Assembly (NCBI GenBank): GCA_965178125.1
Contig: OZ237736.1
Span: 62,001 to 126,000 of the forward strand
From: Bilabrum cf. latius
Lineage: Eukaryota
Reading direction: 5' to 3'
Length of the DNA: 64,000 bases
Numbering within the stretch: position 1 is the stretch's first letter; each line of letters opens with the position of its first letter. Below the pieces are notes generated by a model. The model had not been told where the DNA came from. It saw only the letters and a program-made list of their open reading frames with translations, and did no database searches. The translations under genes and the position numbers were made by a program. Below are positions 62,198 to 64,000 of the stretch, in pieces.

Positions 62198-62545
62198 TTA
62201 TTCTAAAAACTCAATATCAAACCATTCATTTGAATCATCATATTCTTCAGCATACATCAACGATAATTCTATATACTCTTCTAATTCACTATTAGTAAGG
62301 TTATCAATTTCTTCTTCTTTCAATAGTTTGAAATCGGTTCCGTTGTCATCATTAAAACTTTCAACTTGACCTTCTGCTTCCTTTTTATATTCTTCTTTCC
62401 AATTATCACTCCATACAACTCTCTTCGCTTGGTCTTTTAAAGTGTCAGTATAAAGCTTTTGTGCTTCTTCCTTATTATTAAACTTTTTAACCCAGTGTGT
62501 ATGATAACATTCACTACCCCACGCTAATGATACAATATAAACCAT
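62198..62545 (-). CDS. Acidic hypothetical protein
   Basis: Intact 115-aa ORF. Confidence 0.6.
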   Translation of the reverse strand: MVYIVSLAWGSECYHTHWVKKFNNKEEAQKLYTDTLKDQAKRVVWSDNWKEEYKKEAEGQVESFNDDNGTDFKLLKEEEIDNLTNSELEEYIELSLMYAEEYDDSNEWFDIEFLE

Positions 62546-62586
62546 ATCTATAATAATTAAAAATAAAATAATTATTATAATAAAAC

Positions 62587-63384
62587 TTAATTAAAATTAT
62601 CCTCTATCTCGTCTCGCTCCTCGTTATCCAATACCCAATCTAATCTTGAAGGGTGCCACGCTCTAGAAATTAATTCTTCTTTGATTTTTTTAGTTTGTTC
62701 AATTGTTTCATCTTTCCGCTCTTCTAATGATGGGATTAATGTCGTGGAATAATCAATTCGTTCATCCTTAATTCCATTCTCCAAATGATTAAAACTAAAA
62801 CAATTAGAAAACATACATTCCATATCTACAACATTTGAAACATCCCAGTTATTTAAAGGTTGATTTAGTGAATGGCAATCATAAAACATTCCGCACATAT
62901 CTTTAACATTTGAAACGTTCCAATTATTCAATGGTTGGTTAAATGAATGGCAATCATTAAACATTTCACTCATATCTTCAACATTTGAAACATTCCAATT
63001 ATTCAATGGTTGGTTAAACGAATGACACTCATTAAACATACCGCCCATATCTTCAACATTTGAAACATCCCAGTTATTTAAAGGTTGATTAAACGAATGA
63101 CACCCATAAAACATATCGGTCATATCTTTAACATTTGAAACATCCCATGAATTTATTGGTGATTCAATTATCATATTATCAAATAGGTTTAACATATTCG
63201 TAATAAATGTTGTTACTAATAATTCAGGTTTCAAAAACTACAATGCGTGAAGAAGAAAATCTGTATCTTTAGCTACGTAATATGTTTTACCTTCAAATTT
63301 CACAATATAATTATCTTTTCTAAAATAATATTCTTTTGGTTTTGTAGCTTTCAAGGTTCCATTTTCCCATTTTAAAACTTCCAT
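62587..63384 (-). CDS. DUF285/BspA-like repeat protein
   Basis: ~22-aa repeats FNQPLNNWDVSNVxDMxxMF; C-terminal EELISRAWHPSRL. Confidence 0.88.
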
Positions 63385-63473
63385 TCTGTATATACCTATA
63401 ATAAATATATTATTTAAGCCTTTTTAAACTCACACTATAATATTAAATAATCATTAATATTATTAAAATTCTA

Positions 63474-64000
63474 TTAATTAAAATTATCCTCTATCTCGTC
63501 TCGCTCCTCGTTATCCAATACCCAATCTAATCTTGAAGGGTGCCACGCTTTAGCAATTAATTCCTCTCTATATTTCTTTGTTTTTTTAATGGTTTTATGT
63601 TTTCGTCTTTCTAACAACGGTATCAATGTTGTAGAATAATCAATTCTTATACCCTTAATACCGTTCTCTAAATGATTGAAACTTTCACAATCTTTTAACA
63701 TCTAAAACTTACTCTAGACATTGGAAACATCCCAATTATCCAATGGTTGATTGAAGTTCTAACATCCATTAAACATAGAGGATATATATTCAACGTTAGA
63801 AACATCCCAATTACCCAATGGTTGATTGAATCTTGAACAAGAACCAAACATACCACTCATATCCCTAACATTACTAACATTCCAATCGTTCAATGATTGA
63901 TTGAATTCAGAATGATAGAACATAGACGACATTTTTTCAACCTTAGAAACATCCCAATTATTTAATGGTTGATTGAAGTTCCAACATCCATTAAACATAG
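63474..64000 (-). CDS. Second DUF285/BspA-like repeat protein (5' end beyond window)
   Basis: Same repeats; near-identical C-terminus to 62587-63384. Confidence 0.85.

Larger units (their letters stand above)
36857..64000. mobile_element. Endogenous virophage B (right end beyond window)
   Basis: Second full set of virophage core genes plus PolB, PrimPol-helicase and rve integrase; different palindrome family; begins CCCCCCCGCTACGG. Confidence 0.9.

Overview
Eukaryotic (protist-like) genomic window in which UAG appears to encode Gln, while UAA and UGA remain stops. The supplied ORF track is fragmented for this reason. Bases 1-15180 are GC-rich host DNA with four long genes that read without needing introns: a phage-type mitochondrial RNA polymerase, a CRC/CXC (tesmin/LIN54-like) protein, an ARM-like repeat protein and an Asp/Asn beta-hydroxylase-domain protein. 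From about 15181 to the end lies an AT-rich, three-level nest of mobile elements. Endogenous virophage A (~15181-36856) is interrupted inside a zinc-finger gene by a second, divergent but syntenic virophage B (36857->64000). B is in turn interrupted by a deleted Ngaro-type tyrosine-recombinase retrotransposon (57878-59890). Both virophages encode MCP, penton, cysteine protease, packaging ATPase, nucleotidyltransferase-like protein, PrimPol/origin-binding-type helicase and rve integrase, and all use the host's TAG=Gln code. Further signals: an element-specific family of dispersed GC-arm/AT-core palindromes in each virus, a tRNA-headed structured Pol III-like RNA in A, a probable spliceosomal intron in a B gene, and a short PolB apparently lacking an exonuclease domain. 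All coordinates and translations were derived by eye; no database searches were run.
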